From contig LBPF01000001.1 in assembly GCA_000990005.1 (NCBI GenBank), positions 26,315-90,314 on the forward strand: a DNA stretch of 64,000 nucleotides. Direction: 5' to 3'. Source of the DNA: Candidatus Woesebacteria bacterium GW2011_GWB1_33_38 (GTDB taxonomy: Bacteria > Patescibacteriota > Microgenomatia > UBA8517). The translations under genes and the position numbers were made by a program. Every line of letters starts with the position of its first letter. Position 1 is the stretch's first letter. This document shows positions 34,309-44,385 of this stretch, one piece after another. The notes beneath the pieces are model-generated. The model was given only the letters and a program-made list of their open reading frames with translations. It was not told where the DNA came from and made no database searches.

Positions 34309-34837
34309 TACAAACGATTTAGGTTCAAAGAATCCAATACAAAATATTATTTTGGATACTTGTATACTTCAATATTTATCGAATAAGTACCTAAAAGGCG
34401 AATTGGGAAAGTATTTATTAAGTTTGGTAGGTAGAGGTTTTGGTTTAGCTATCTCTGACATTTCGATATCGGAATTGTTGCAGGATGCAACTTTGGAACA
34501 GGAAAAAATAAGTTCTTCAACACTAAGTTTATTTAACAGATATCCTTTGAACGAAGATATTCTAATTGCTGGTGCTCAGATTTCAACGCTTTATAAAATT
34601 GATAACACTAAAAATAATTCAATTTCGTTGCCAGACAAAATAATTGCTTCAGCTTCTGTATTAAGCGGGTCTTTAATTCTTACTGCTGATGTCAACGATT
34701 ATCCTAGACTATTTTTTAGTGAAGCTGAGGAAAAATGGATTCTGTATAGAAAGAATAACAAAAACAATATTTTAGTTATCCAGTTATTGAGGCCGAATAC
34801 AGAATATATAAAGCAAAAGTTTTCCGAGAGAATATAA
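34301..34837 (+). CDS. Hypothetical protein with PIN-like N-terminal signature (IILDTCIL)
   Basis: An Asp-containing hydrophobic N-terminal strand is typical of PIN domains. At 178 aa it is longer than canonical VapC. Confidence 0.35.
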   Translation: MSDTNDLGSKNPIQNIILDTCILQYLSNKYLKGELGKYLLSLVGRGFGLAISDISISELLQDATLEQEKISSSTLSLFNRYPLNEDILIAGAQISTLYKIDNTKNNSISLPDKIIASASVLSGSLILTADVNDYPRLFFSEAEEKWILYRKNNKNNILVIQLLRPNTEYIKQKFSERI

Positions 34838-34843
34838 AAATAA

Positions 34844-36376
34844 ATGTATAAAACAAAAAAAATTATAAATGAATGGAAGTGGGCGGGGTTGGGACTATTT
34901 ATAATACTCATAATTGGTTTTGGAATTAGGATTACAAACTTAACAATACTACCTATCTTTGTAGATGAGGCAATATATGTCAGATGGGCACAGGTAATGG
35001 CTAATGAACCAACACTACGGTTTTTGCCTTTATCTGATGGTAAACAGCCTCTTTTTATGTGGATTTTAATGTTTTTAATTAACAGGTTCTCGGACCCTTT
35101 ATTTATAGGCCGTCTGATTTCAGTTTGTACTGGCATGGGTACTTTGCTTGGAGTTTTTACTTTAAGTTATTTACTTTTTAAATCCAAAAAGGTTTCCTTA
35201 TTAGCCTCTTTCCTCTATGCACTTTCACCTTTTGCTGTTTTCTTTGACAGAATGGCGCTTGTCGATTCAATGCTTTCAATGTTTGGTATCTGGACTGCGA
35301 TTTTTGGATTACTAACAGCCAAATACAAAAGGCTTGATCTTGCCATGGTAACTGGATTTTTGTTAGGATTTGCAGTACTTACAAAGTCCCCTGCAATTTT
35401 TATTGCACTTTTATTACCTTCTTTTTGGTTTTTGACAAATTGGAAAGGAATATGGCGATTGGGAGCAACTTATTTAATTGCGTTTGGAATTTACAATATC
35501 CAAAGACTTGGTCCAAATTTTGGGATGTTAACTTCAAGGACAGGAGATTATGTTTTGCCTTTAAGCCATATTTGGACAAACTTTTTTGACCCTTTAATTC
35601 CATACTTAAAAGATTTTGCAGTTTGGATTGTTACAATGGGACCTTTTATTTTAATTCCGTTATTTTTAATTGGAATTTATGTGGGTTTTAAAAAATACTT
35701 TAAAGAGACACTTGTCCTTTTTGCCTGGTTTTTATTCCCACTTTTTGTTCAAGCGGAGTTAGCTCGAGTTTTTACTGCAAGATATATATTTTTTATCTTG
35801 CCATATTTATTTATTTTATCTGGAATGGTTTTCTTATCAAAAGCTAAGTGGTTGCTGGTTACAAGTTATGGGTTAATAGGCCTTTTTGTTATTCAAAGTT
35901 CCATTTTCAATTTTTATTTACTGACAAATCCTGAAAAAGCAAACCTACCAAGGGGGGAAAGGTCTGGCTATTTGGAGGAGTGGACAGCTGGGCAAGGAAT
36001 AGCGGAAATTGCCAATTTCCTGAAAATTCAAAACCTCCAAAATCCAAAAACTCAAATTGTGGTGGGGACAGAAGGATACTTTGGGACACTGCCTGATGGA
36101 CTTCAAATATATGTTAATGATATTCCAAACATTGTAGTCATAGGAGTTGGGGTTATTGTTGATGGTACGCCCAAGAGTTTACGAGAAGCAGTTGATGCAG
36201 GCAATAAAACTTATTTAGTGGTTAATAAATCAAGATTTCATGCTAGTGCTGAGGAACAAGGTTTTAAGTTAATTAATAAGTTTACTAAAGGTTTAAGACT
36301 ACCAGATTCAGATCAATACACTAAGTTTGGTCCTCAAGAAGAACTTTTGTTTTTTGAGGTGCTACAATCTAAATAA
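34844..36376 (+). CDS. GT-C-fold membrane glycosyltransferase (GT39/ArnT/PMT-like)
   Basis: The first-loop acidic motif (ILPIFVDEAIYVRWA) is present. It has about 11 TM helices and a soluble C-terminal domain. Confidence 0.6.
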   Translation: MYKTKKIINEWKWAGLGLFIILIIGFGIRITNLTILPIFVDEAIYVRWAQVMANEPTLRFLPLSDGKQPLFMWILMFLINRFSDPLFIGRLISVCTGMGTLLGVFTLSYLLFKSKKVSLLASFLYALSPFAVFFDRMALVDSMLSMFGIWTAIFGLLTAKYKRLDLAMVTGFLLGFAVLTKSPAIFIALLLPSFWFLTNWKGIWRLGATYLIAFGIYNIQRLGPNFGMLTSRTGDYVLPLSHIWTNFFDPLIPYLKDFAVWIVTMGPFILIPLFLIGIYVGFKKYFKETLVLFAWFLFPLFVQAELARVFTARYIFFILPYLFILSGMVFLSKAKWLLVTSYGLIGLFVIQSSIFNFYLLTNPEKANLPRGERSGYLEEWTAGQGIAEIANFLKIQNLQNPKTQIVVGTEGYFGTLPDGLQIYVNDIPNIVVIGVGVIVDGTPKSLREAVDAGNKTYLVVNKSRFHASAEEQGFKLINKFTKGLRLPDSDQYTKFGPQEELLFFEVLQSK

Positions 36377-37842
36377 TGGAAGACAAGGATTTATCAATTT
36401 CTGACGTAAAAGCAAGGTCGGTTAGAGGCGTTGTTGTCTTAACAGGTAGAACCGTAATTTTACAAGTTGTAACTTTAGTAGCTCAGCTTTTACTTTTTGC
36501 CTATTTGGGAGTTTCTGAATTTGGTGTTTTTGCAATTGTTTCGGCAGTTGTTAACTTTTTGACTTATTTTTCTGACATCGGTTTGGCGGCAGCCTTAATT
36601 CAAAAGAAAGAAACTCCATCTGATACTGATTTAAAAACTACATTTACTGTTCAACAGTGTCTTATTTTGTTTTTAGTTTTAATTTTATTTATTGTTTCCC
36701 CACTAATCACTAATCACTATTCACTGTCCACTGGTGGCCAGTGGTTAATGTATGCACTAGGATTTTCATTGATAATATCTTCTTTGAAAAGTATTCCCTC
36801 TGTTCTACTTGAAAGAAAACTTGAATTTGTTAAGTTGGTTTTCCCTCAAATTCTAGAAACTTTTGTTTATAACATTGTTTTAGTTGTTTTTGCCATGAAA
36901 GGCTTTGGGATAACCAGTTTTACTGTAGCAGTTATTATTAGAAGTTTGGTGGGACTTACCGTAATTTACTGGATACAACCTTGGAAACCGGGATTTTCAT
37001 TTTCTTTATCAACTTTAAAAGATTTATTTAAATTTGGTGTACCTTATCAAATAAATACACTCCTAGCTACATTTAAAGACGATGGAATGACATTAATTTT
37101 GGGTGGAATCATAGGTCCAGCTGGTATTGGGATACTTTCTTTTGCTCAAAAAGTTGCAAGGCTTCCCCTGACCTTTTTTATGGACACAGTAACGAAAGTT
37201 ACTTTCCCTGCATTTTCTAGACTACAAACTGAAAAAGACCATTTAGAAAGAAGCGTTACAAGATCAATATTCTTTATATGTTTACTCGTTTTTCCCAGCT
37301 TAGTTGGGATTGTCATATTGATGCCTTGGGTTGTAGAACTTGTTCCTAAATACAATAAATGGGTGGTTGCACTTACACCGTTATTGTTCATATCAATTAA
37401 TTACGCTTTTGCTTCAGCAACAACCCAATTAACAAATCTTTTAAATGCTATTGGTAAAATTAAAATCACATTTTACTTGATGATTATGTGGACAACTTTG
37501 ACTTGGGTTTTAATCCCTTTCTTGGCCATTAAGTTTGGTGTAAATGGCGCTGCCGTAGGTTACAGTTTAGTTGGACTTTCTTCAGTCGTCGCAGTCTATA
37601 TTGCTAAAAAGTATGTTAATTTTTCAATTAGTGATTCAATGATTAAACCTCTTATGGCCTCAATTATTATGTTTGTTACTTTAGTATTTGTTAGAAAGTT
37701 TTTAGATGTAAGTTTTTACTCCTTGGGAATTTTAGTTTTAGTGGGAGTAATTTCCTATTCTGCCTCAATTATTTCCATGGTCGGTTCAAGTTTGTTAGAA
37801 GATGTTAAAAAAAGCCTTAAAACCATTTTTAATCGCAATTAG
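36376..37842 (+). CDS. wzx: Wzx-like oligosaccharide flippase (MOP superfamily polysaccharide biosynthesis protein)
   Basis: It has 12-14 TM helices, an N-terminal pattern typical of the polysaccharide-biosynthesis (PST) family, and a start overlapping the upstream stop (TAATG). It contains a heptamer repeat at 36702-36729. Confidence 0.7.
   Translation: MEDKDLSISDVKARSVRGVVVLTGRTVILQVVTLVAQLLLFAYLGVSEFGVFAIVSAVVNFLTYFSDIGLAAALIQKKETPSDTDLKTTFTVQQCLILFLVLILFIVSPLITNHYSLSTGGQWLMYALGFSLIISSLKSIPSVLLERKLEFVKLVFPQILETFVYNIVLVVFAMKGFGITSFTVAVIIRSLVGLTVIYWIQPWKPGFSFSLSTLKDLFKFGVPYQINTLLATFKDDGMTLILGGIIGPAGIGILSFAQKVARLPLTFFMDTVTKVTFPAFSRLQTEKDHLERSVTRSIFFICLLVFPSLVGIVILMPWVVELVPKYNKWVVALTPLLFISINYAFASATTQLTNLLNAIGKIKITFYLMIMWTTLTWVLIPFLAIKFGVNGAAVGYSLVGLSSVVAVYIAKKYVNFSISDSMIKPLMASIIMFVTLVFVRKFLDVSFYSLGILVLVGVISYSASIISMVGSSLLEDVKKSLKTIFNRN
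36702..36729 (+). repeat. Degenerate heptanucleotide tandem repeat ACTAATC ACTAATC ACTATTC ACTGTCC
   Basis: It lies in-frame inside wzx and encodes PLITNHYSLST. Confidence 0.75.
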
Positions 37843-39424
37843 TTTAGTAATTTTAATTGCAATTAGATTTATTTATCTAAACGAATTTCCGGTTGGAGTT
37901 TTAAATGATGAAGTTGACGTAACACTTTCCTCAAAAAGTTATTTTGATAATGGTACAGACCTTTCTGGAGTACCTTTCCCTAAATCGCTTTTTGTAACCA
38001 ATACCTGGGCAGGTTTGAGTGGGTTACCTTCATATCTACTATCTCCAATTTATGGACCATTTGAATTATTGCCGATTGTTATTAGAGCCCCATTTGTAAT
38101 TGTAAGTATTTTTATCGGGTTATTTATAAGTTTAATAATTTTTGAATTAACTAAAAATAAAAAGTTTAGTCTAATTTCATTTTTTGTTTCACTTATTAAC
38201 CCTTGGCTATATTTTTATAGTCGCCAGCCTACAGAGGCGCCATTCGCATTACTTTTTGCTTTAATTGGTATTTATTTGTTCTTTAAGTTAAAGTTTCAAA
38301 AAATTATATACCCATTTATATTTTTTATACTTTCATTCTATTCATATTTTGGAGCCAAGCCAGTAATCCCTGTTCTTTTATTATCTTTATCTTTATTTAA
38401 TAAAAAGTTAGTCATAATATCTATTTCGTTTGTCTTACTATTAACTAGTTCATATTTCTATATTTCAAAGAGCCTAAATGGTAGTACTTTATCTCAAAGA
38501 TCTAATCAAATTACATTTTTGAATTTGGAAAAATATGCTGAAGTCGTTAATCAAAACAGAAGGGTTTCTGTCGATTTTCTCCTAAAGGAAGTTTTTTATA
38601 ATAAATTTACAGTTTTTGCTAAAATAACCACCTCAAAATTTGTAAACCAGTTTTCTCCTGAGTTTTTGTTTTTATCTGGAGATGGTGTAGTTCCTTTTGC
38701 TGATCATGGTGTTTTATATCTTCTGGATGGTTTAATGATAATTATTGCTCTATATTACTTTAGCAACTCAAAGGATAAAGGTGAAAAAAATTTATTAGTT
38801 TTATGTCTAATCCTTTTTATTTCAGGTAGTGTTGCTTCAACAATTAGTACAGTAGGTAACCAGTTTGTTTTTAGATCGTTTTTGCATATACCTCTCTATA
38901 TAATTTTAATATCCTACGGAATATATAAATTCAATTTCAAAGTGGTTGTTGTAGGGTTGTACATTCTTTTGTTTATAAACTTTTTGATTTTCTTTTTGTT
39001 CCGTTATTCGATTGATCAACAAGATAATCATTTCATAACTGAGAGGATTGTTGCTAGTTATTTAAATAGAACTAAACTTGAAACTATTGTTGTCACATCA
39101 GAATCAGAAAGAATTTATTATCAAACAGTTTTTTATAACAAACATGCTCAACGAAAATTATTTACTAATATTTGTCCGAAAATTGAAATTGGAAAAACCT
39201 ACCTTATTGATTCAAAATTAGATTGCACGATAGATGGGGATTTTGTAGTTATTCAAAGCCAAAAAGATTCGGGTGTTAAGTATAGAATTTATGATGATAA
39301 ACTCTGTAATTTTGATGATTTAACTCCATATCGTAGGGTTCACTTTATTTCCGACTATGATGTTGAAAGATTGGATGATAAAATCTTTTGCAACCGTTGG
39401 ATACAAAATGGCAAAACTAACTAA
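37802..39424 (+). CDS. Polytopic membrane protein, putative GT-C-fold glycosyltransferase
   Basis: It has more than 12 TM helices and an acidic first loop (LNDEVDV). No precise family is recognised. Confidence 0.5.
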   Translation: MLKKALKPFLIAISLVILIAIRFIYLNEFPVGVLNDEVDVTLSSKSYFDNGTDLSGVPFPKSLFVTNTWAGLSGLPSYLLSPIYGPFELLPIVIRAPFVIVSIFIGLFISLIIFELTKNKKFSLISFFVSLINPWLYFYSRQPTEAPFALLFALIGIYLFFKLKFQKIIYPFIFFILSFYSYFGAKPVIPVLLLSLSLFNKKLVIISISFVLLLTSSYFYISKSLNGSTLSQRSNQITFLNLEKYAEVVNQNRRVSVDFLLKEVFYNKFTVFAKITTSKFVNQFSPEFLFLSGDGVVPFADHGVLYLLDGLMIIIALYYFSNSKDKGEKNLLVLCLILFISGSVASTISTVGNQFVFRSFLHIPLYIILISYGIYKFNFKVVVVGLYILLFINFLIFFLFRYSIDQQDNHFITERIVASYLNRTKLETIVVTSESERIYYQTVFYNKHAQRKLFTNICPKIEIGKTYLIDSKLDCTIDGDFVVIQSQKDSGVKYRIYDDKLCNFDDLTPYRRVHFISDYDVERLDDKIFCNRWIQNGKTN

Positions 39425-40274
39425 ACATACCTGTCTTATTTGTGGTAGTAAAAAACATAAAGAATATTGGGCAATGCATGGTTATAAACTAGCAAAATGC
39501 TCTAACTGTTCCTTTGTTTGGGATTTTTTTCATTCTGAAAATGTTTTAGCTCAATATGATAAGAGTTACTTTCAAAACCAAAACCCTAAAGGAGGGTATG
39601 CAAATTACTATGAAGGTATGAGAGTTAATAAGAAAACATTTACAGATAGGCTTAATAAAATACAAAAAAGAATTTCTGGTAAGGGTAAATTTTTGGATGT
39701 TGGTTGTGCACTAGGAGATTGCTTAATGGCCGCAAAAGAAGAAGGTTGGAAAGATGTAAGTGGAGTTGAAGTTTCAAAATTTGCTTACGAGTTTGCCATA
39801 AAAAGAGGCTTAAATGTTAAAAATACTACACTTGATAAGGCGGGGTTTAAACCTAATTCGTTTGAGGCAATAGCCTATCAAGATGTTATTGAACATGTTG
39901 AAGATCCTCTTTATGAACTTGAAACAGCTCACAAACTGCTTAAAAACAAAGGTTATATTTTTCTCGTTACTCCTGATGTAGGTGGTCTATGGCACAAACT
40001 TCTTAATGGCCTTTGGTATCATTATAAACCAGGTGAGCATATTATGTATTTTTCACAGGCATCACTTAGGTTGGCACTTGAAAAAACTGGATACAAAAAC
40101 ATTGAAACTAGAAGAACGTATCATGTTTTAAGTATTGAATATGTTTTAAATCGACTTAAATATTATTCACCCTTCATTTTTGACAATCTGGCAAAGATTG
40201 TGCATGGGTTTCATTTTAAAGATTTTGCATTTAAAGCCTATACTGGAGAAATTGAAGCATGGGGTCAAAAATAG
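39408..40274 (+). CDS. Class I SAM-dependent methyltransferase with N-terminal CxxC...CxxC zinc ribbon
   Basis: The zinc-ribbon pattern is CLICGS...CSNCSF. The SAM-binding motif LDVGCALGDC and an acidic loop are present. I prefer the ATG at 39408 over the track start at 39357. Confidence 0.7.
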   Translation: MAKLTKHTCLICGSKKHKEYWAMHGYKLAKCSNCSFVWDFFHSENVLAQYDKSYFQNQNPKGGYANYYEGMRVNKKTFTDRLNKIQKRISGKGKFLDVGCALGDCLMAAKEEGWKDVSGVEVSKFAYEFAIKRGLNVKNTTLDKAGFKPNSFEAIAYQDVIEHVEDPLYELETAHKLLKNKGYIFLVTPDVGGLWHKLLNGLWYHYKPGEHIMYFSQASLRLALEKTGYKNIETRRTYHVLSIEYVLNRLKYYSPFIFDNLAKIVHGFHFKDFAFKAYTGEIEAWGQK

Positions 40275-41914
40275 TTAAATATTTTATAGTTCTACTTGGT
40301 ACTTTGATTTGGTCTGTCACCATGTTTAGAAGTGGGTTGGAAGGTTCTAATGGCATTGGCTTCTGGGGTGCAAATGGACACGATGGGGTGTGGCATGTTG
40401 CCTTAATTGAATCTCTTGCAAGAAGAGGTTTTAATAATCCTGTTTTTTCCGGTTCTGTTTTACAGAATTATCATCTTGGCTTTGATATATTATTAGCGAT
40501 AACACATCGTTTAACAGGGATCAGTATTGGTTCCCTGTATTTTCAATTACTTCCCATTGTTTTTTCATTTCTAATTGGAATATTGACTTATAAATTTGTT
40601 TTTAACTGGAGAAGGTCACTTAGTGAAAGTTTTTGGGCTGTATTTTTTGTTTATTTTGGTAGTAGCTTCGGTTTTGTAATTACATTTTTAAGAGACAAGG
40701 TTGTTACAGGTGAATCAATGTTTTGGGCTTCACAATCAATTTCAACATTAATTAATCCGCCTTTTGCATTATCTTTAATTATTATTTTATTAGGTTTAAT
40801 TGCACTACAAAATAAAAAATTATTACTAAGTATATTGTGTTTTGGAATTCTAATTCAAATTAAAGCCTATGCTGCAATTTTAGTTCTTGGTGGATTATTT
40901 ATTGCTAGTATTTTTGAACTGTTCACTGCTCATCGTTCACTGCTCACCAAAGTCTTTCTCGGTTCTTTACTATTAAATTTAATATTATTTTTTCTATTTA
41001 AAAATGATGGCACATCTGTATTTGTTTGGCAACCCTTTTGGTTTTTGGAAACTATGATGTCTTATTCAGACAGATTGGGTTGGGATAGGTTTTATTCTGC
41101 TATGACTACTTACAAAATGGGACACATCTGGATAAAAGGTATCTTAGCCTATGGAACTGCTTTTGTAATATTTATCATAGGCAATATGGGATTAAGAGTT
41201 GTTGGGTTTTACTTCTTTTTAAAACATAAAAAACTTGACACTCTTTTAGTATTTATTCTGACAGTGGTTTTAATGGCTATTGTAATTCCAATGTTTTTTG
41301 TTCAAAAGGGTACGCCTTGGAATACTATTCAATTCTTCTATTACTATCTATTCTTCTTTTCTGTTTTTGCAGGAATTGCAATAAGTTGGTCGAAAGTTAT
41401 ATTTAAACTGATAATTATTGTTTTTGCTATTTTTGGTAGTTGGGCTACGCTTCAACACTATTTGCCACCAAGGCCACAATCCAAAATATCAACAGATGAG
41501 TTATATGCATTGAAATTTTTAGCAAATCAAGATCGGGGGATAGTTTTTACTTACCCCTTTGATTCTAATAAAGCGAAAACGGCAGAAAATAATCCACCAA
41601 GACCTCTGTATTTTTACGATTCAACAGCGTATGTATCCGCCTACTCTAAAAAGGACGTTTTTCTCGAGGATGAAATTAATTTAAATATCATGGATTATGA
41701 TTGGAAAACAAGAAGAGAAGAATCCTTGAATTTCATCTCAAATTTAGATCCTCAAAAAGGGAGCATGTTCTTAAAAGATAATAACATTAAATATTTATAT
41801 CTTGTCAAAGATAACTCTCCGCTTAGTGGAGAATATCTAAAATTGGGTACAGGCGATTTAAACTTAGAAAAGATTTTTGAGAACAGGGAGGTTATACTAT
41901 ATAAGTATGAATAA
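40259..41914 (+). CDS. Polytopic membrane protein, paralog family B (GHDGxWH motif), putative GT-C-like
   Basis: It has about 13 TM helices and a soluble C-terminal domain. It is clearly homologous to the minus-strand gene at 58334-60160 in both the N-terminal motif and the C-terminal domain. It contains a 14-mer x2 repeat. Confidence 0.55.
   Translation: MGSKIVKYFIVLLGTLIWSVTMFRSGLEGSNGIGFWGANGHDGVWHVALIESLARRGFNNPVFSGSVLQNYHLGFDILLAITHRLTGISIGSLYFQLLPIVFSFLIGILTYKFVFNWRRSLSESFWAVFFVYFGSSFGFVITFLRDKVVTGESMFWASQSISTLINPPFALSLIIILLGLIALQNKKLLLSILCFGILIQIKAYAAILVLGGLFIASIFELFTAHRSLLTKVFLGSLLLNLILFFLFKNDGTSVFVWQPFWFLETMMSYSDRLGWDRFYSAMTTYKMGHIWIKGILAYGTAFVIFIIGNMGLRVVGFYFFLKHKKLDTLLVFILTVVLMAIVIPMFFVQKGTPWNTIQFFYYYLFFFSVFAGIAISWSKVIFKLIIIVFAIFGSWATLQHYLPPRPQSKISTDELYALKFLANQDRGIVFTYPFDSNKAKTAENNPPRPLYFYDSTAYVSAYSKKDVFLEDEINLNIMDYDWKTRREESLNFISNLDPQKGSMFLKDNNIKYLYLVKDNSPLSGEYLKLGTGDLNLEKIFENREVILYKYE
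40921..40948 (+). repeat. Tandem 14-mer GTTCACTGCTCATC / GTTCACTGCTCACC
   Basis: It lies in-frame and encodes FTAHRSLLT. Confidence 0.7.
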
Positions 41915-42770
41915 AATTTCAGTTGTTTATTGTTCACATAATGAAGAGCTAAATATTGAGGAATCTATCAAATCTATTAAAGACTTTGCAGATGAAATAA
42001 TTTTTGTCGATTTGGAGTCAACAGATAGAACAGTCGAGATTGCAAAAAGGATGGGGGCCAAAATATACAAACATGAAAATTTAAGCTTTGTTGAACCTGT
42101 TAGAAACTTTGGAATTTTAAAAACAACTGGAGATTGGATATTAATTCTTGATCCAGATGAAAAGCTAACTGAGAGTTTAAAAAAACTTTTGAAAGAAGAG
42201 ATAAAAGATCCTCGGGCAGATTTTTATAGAATTCCTCGCAAAAATATAATTTTTGGAAAGTGGATGAAGCACACAGGTTGGTGGCCAGATTTTAACATTC
42301 GTTTCTTTAAAAACGGACACGTTTCTTGGAATGAAATAATACATTCTGTGCCAATGACGAAAGGAAAAGGATTTGATTTAGTAGCTAAAGAAGATTTAGC
42401 AATTATCCACAATAATTATACGTCTCTTGATAGTTATGTTGAGAAGATGTTTAGATATTCAAAAGTTCAAGCTGCCGAGTTAATAAAAGGTAGTTATAAA
42501 TTCAGTTGGCAGGATTTGATTAGAAAACCGCTATCAGAATTTTTATCAAGGTTCTTTGCCAGAGAAGGTTATAAGGATGGTATTCATGGCCTGATCCTGT
42601 CACTGCTACAATCTTTTTCTGAATTCTTTGTTTATCTAAGAGTTTGGGAATCTTTAAAATATAAAGAAGTAGAAATAGATAAAAAAGAGTTTAATAGTGT
42701 TATTAAATCATTTGTTAATGATATAAAATGGTGGATGAGAAAGGAGTTTTCATGGTTAAAGTTTCTATAA
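41907..42770 (+). CDS. GT2 family glycosyltransferase
   Basis: The start VVYCSHNEELNI and a DxD-like motif (DPDE) are present. The ATG at 41907 overlaps the stop of the upstream gene. Confidence 0.75.
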   Translation: MNKISVVYCSHNEELNIEESIKSIKDFADEIIFVDLESTDRTVEIAKRMGAKIYKHENLSFVEPVRNFGILKTTGDWILILDPDEKLTESLKKLLKEEIKDPRADFYRIPRKNIIFGKWMKHTGWWPDFNIRFFKNGHVSWNEIIHSVPMTKGKGFDLVAKEDLAIIHNNYTSLDSYVEKMFRYSKVQAAELIKGSYKFSWQDLIRKPLSEFLSRFFAREGYKDGIHGLILSLLQSFSEFFVYLRVWESLKYKEVEIDKKEFNSVIKSFVNDIKWWMRKEFSWLKFL

Positions 42771-43678
42771 TTATTTTAACTACCAACGCTCTTGATATGA
42801 CCAAGGAAGAGCTTAAAGATATTGCTGTTTTAAATCCAGGGAAACTTAAATTGGAGTGTATTGTTGTAGATAATAATTCCTCAGACGATACAGAGAGAGT
42901 GCTTAAAAATTATAGCTTACCCAATATGGGTTTTAAGTTTATTCAAAGCGGTGCTAATCGAGGTTATGCTGGTGGAAATAATTATGGAATTAAAGATGCA
43001 ATTAAAAGAGGGGCAGATTATATTTTGCTTTTAAATAATGATGTCATAGTTCCTGCTGACATGGTTACAAAAATGGTGGATTTTATGGAAAAAACTCCAA
43101 AAGCAGGCATTGTCTCTCCAAAGATGTATTTTGCAAAAGGATATGAATTCCACAAAGATAAATATAAAAATGACGAACTTGGAAAAGTCTTATGGTATGC
43201 AGGTGGAATACTAGACTGGGATAATATTTATTCACCCCATAGAGGAGTAGATGAAGTAGATGTAGGACAATACGACAAGGCAGAAAAAACTGATTTTGCA
43301 AATGGTGCAACACTATTAATTAAAAGAGAAGTATTTGAAAAAGTCGGACTTCTTGATCCTTCATTTTTTCTTTATTGGGAAGACCCAGATTTTTCAATGA
43401 AGGCCAAAGCTAAAGGTTTTGAAACTTATTATTTTCCTGGAACATGCATGTGGCACAAAGTATCTGCTTCTACAGGTGGATCAGGTAGCCCCACAAATGA
43501 TTATTTTTTGACCAGAAATAGATTATATTTTGCCATGCGATATGCAAAAGTTAGAACAAAAATTGCAGTTATAAGAGATTGTGTTAGATTAATATTTAAA
43601 GGTAGAACATGGCAAAAATGGGGAGCAATTGATGCACTTTTAGGAAGAAAGGGGATGGGGCAATGGCAATACCGTTAA
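42752..43678 (+). CDS. GT2 family glycosyltransferase (rhamnosyltransferase-like)
   Basis: An AAGGAG RBS lies 5 nt upstream of the ATG at 42752. The VVDNNSSDDT and YAGGNNYG motifs are present. Confidence 0.75.
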   Translation: MVKVSIIILTTNALDMTKEELKDIAVLNPGKLKLECIVVDNNSSDDTERVLKNYSLPNMGFKFIQSGANRGYAGGNNYGIKDAIKRGADYILLLNNDVIVPADMVTKMVDFMEKTPKAGIVSPKMYFAKGYEFHKDKYKNDELGKVLWYAGGILDWDNIYSPHRGVDEVDVGQYDKAEKTDFANGATLLIKREVFEKVGLLDPSFFLYWEDPDFSMKAKAKGFETYYFPGTCMWHKVSASTGGSGSPTNDYFLTRNRLYFAMRYAKVRTKIAVIRDCVRLIFKGRTWQKWGAIDALLGRKGMGQWQYR

Positions 43679-44385
43679 TATCGGCGGTCGTGTTAATAGG
43701 CGAGAATGTTGATAAAAAACTTTTAGAAAAATCTTTTAAATCTATTTCTTGGTGTGATGAGATAATTAAAGTAGATACAAGTAAAATAAGAGGTAGCTTT
43801 AGCGAGTGGCGAAATGAAGGAATGAGTCTTGCTAAGGGTAAGTGGGTTTTGTATGTTGATGCAGATGAAGAAGTTACGCAATTTCTTCGCAAAGAAATTG
43901 AGTTACAAATCACAAATCACAAATCACAAATCACTGCCTTTGCAATTCCTAGGCGGAATTTCATTTTTGGGCAAGAATTTAAGTATGGTGGACAATACCC
44001 TGATTACCAAAAAAGACTTTTTTTAAGACGCAGTCTAAAAAAATGGATGGGGGAACTACATGAGGAACCAGAATTTGAAGGCGAACTGAGCCATTTTAAA
44101 AATCCGATTGTTCACCGCAAAAATATTACTGTTTCTCAAATGATTGAGAAGACAAACAAGTGGTCAGAAATTGAAAGTAAACTAATGGTAGATGCGGGAC
44201 ACCCCAAAATGAACGTTTTAAGATTTGCATCAGCTGGATTTAGAGAATTTTATATAAGATTTGTTAAAGAACTTTGTTTTCTAGATGGTACAAAAGGAAT
44301 AATTTATGGAATTTATCAAATATATAGTAGACTGATTAGCTATTCAAAATTATGGGAAAAGCAAGCTTATACAATCCATACTTAG
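43663..44385 (+). CDS. GT2 family glycosyltransferase carrying an in-frame (ACAAATC)4 repeat
   Basis: It is paralogous to the gene at 41907, with the motifs YVDADEE and FGQEFKYGGQYPDYQKR. Relative to the paralog it contains the extra segment LQITNHKSQITAF, which the repeat encodes. Confidence 0.7.
   Translation: MAIPLISAVVLIGENVDKKLLEKSFKSISWCDEIIKVDTSKIRGSFSEWRNEGMSLAKGKWVLYVDADEEVTQFLRKEIELQITNHKSQITAFAIPRRNFIFGQEFKYGGQYPDYQKRLFLRRSLKKWMGELHEEPEFEGELSHFKNPIVHRKNITVSQMIEKTNKWSEIESKLMVDAGHPKMNVLRFASAGFREFYIRFVKELCFLDGTKGIIYGIYQIYSRLISYSKLWEKQAYTIHT
43905..43932 (+). repeat. (ACAAATC)x4 perfect heptanucleotide tandem repeat inside the GT2 coding sequence
   Basis: Four exact units were read directly. 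Confidence 0.9.

Noticed and set aside
34699-35136. 145-aa minus-strand ORF
   Set aside because: It is antisense to the PIN-like and GT-C genes and is low-complexity, so it is likely spurious.
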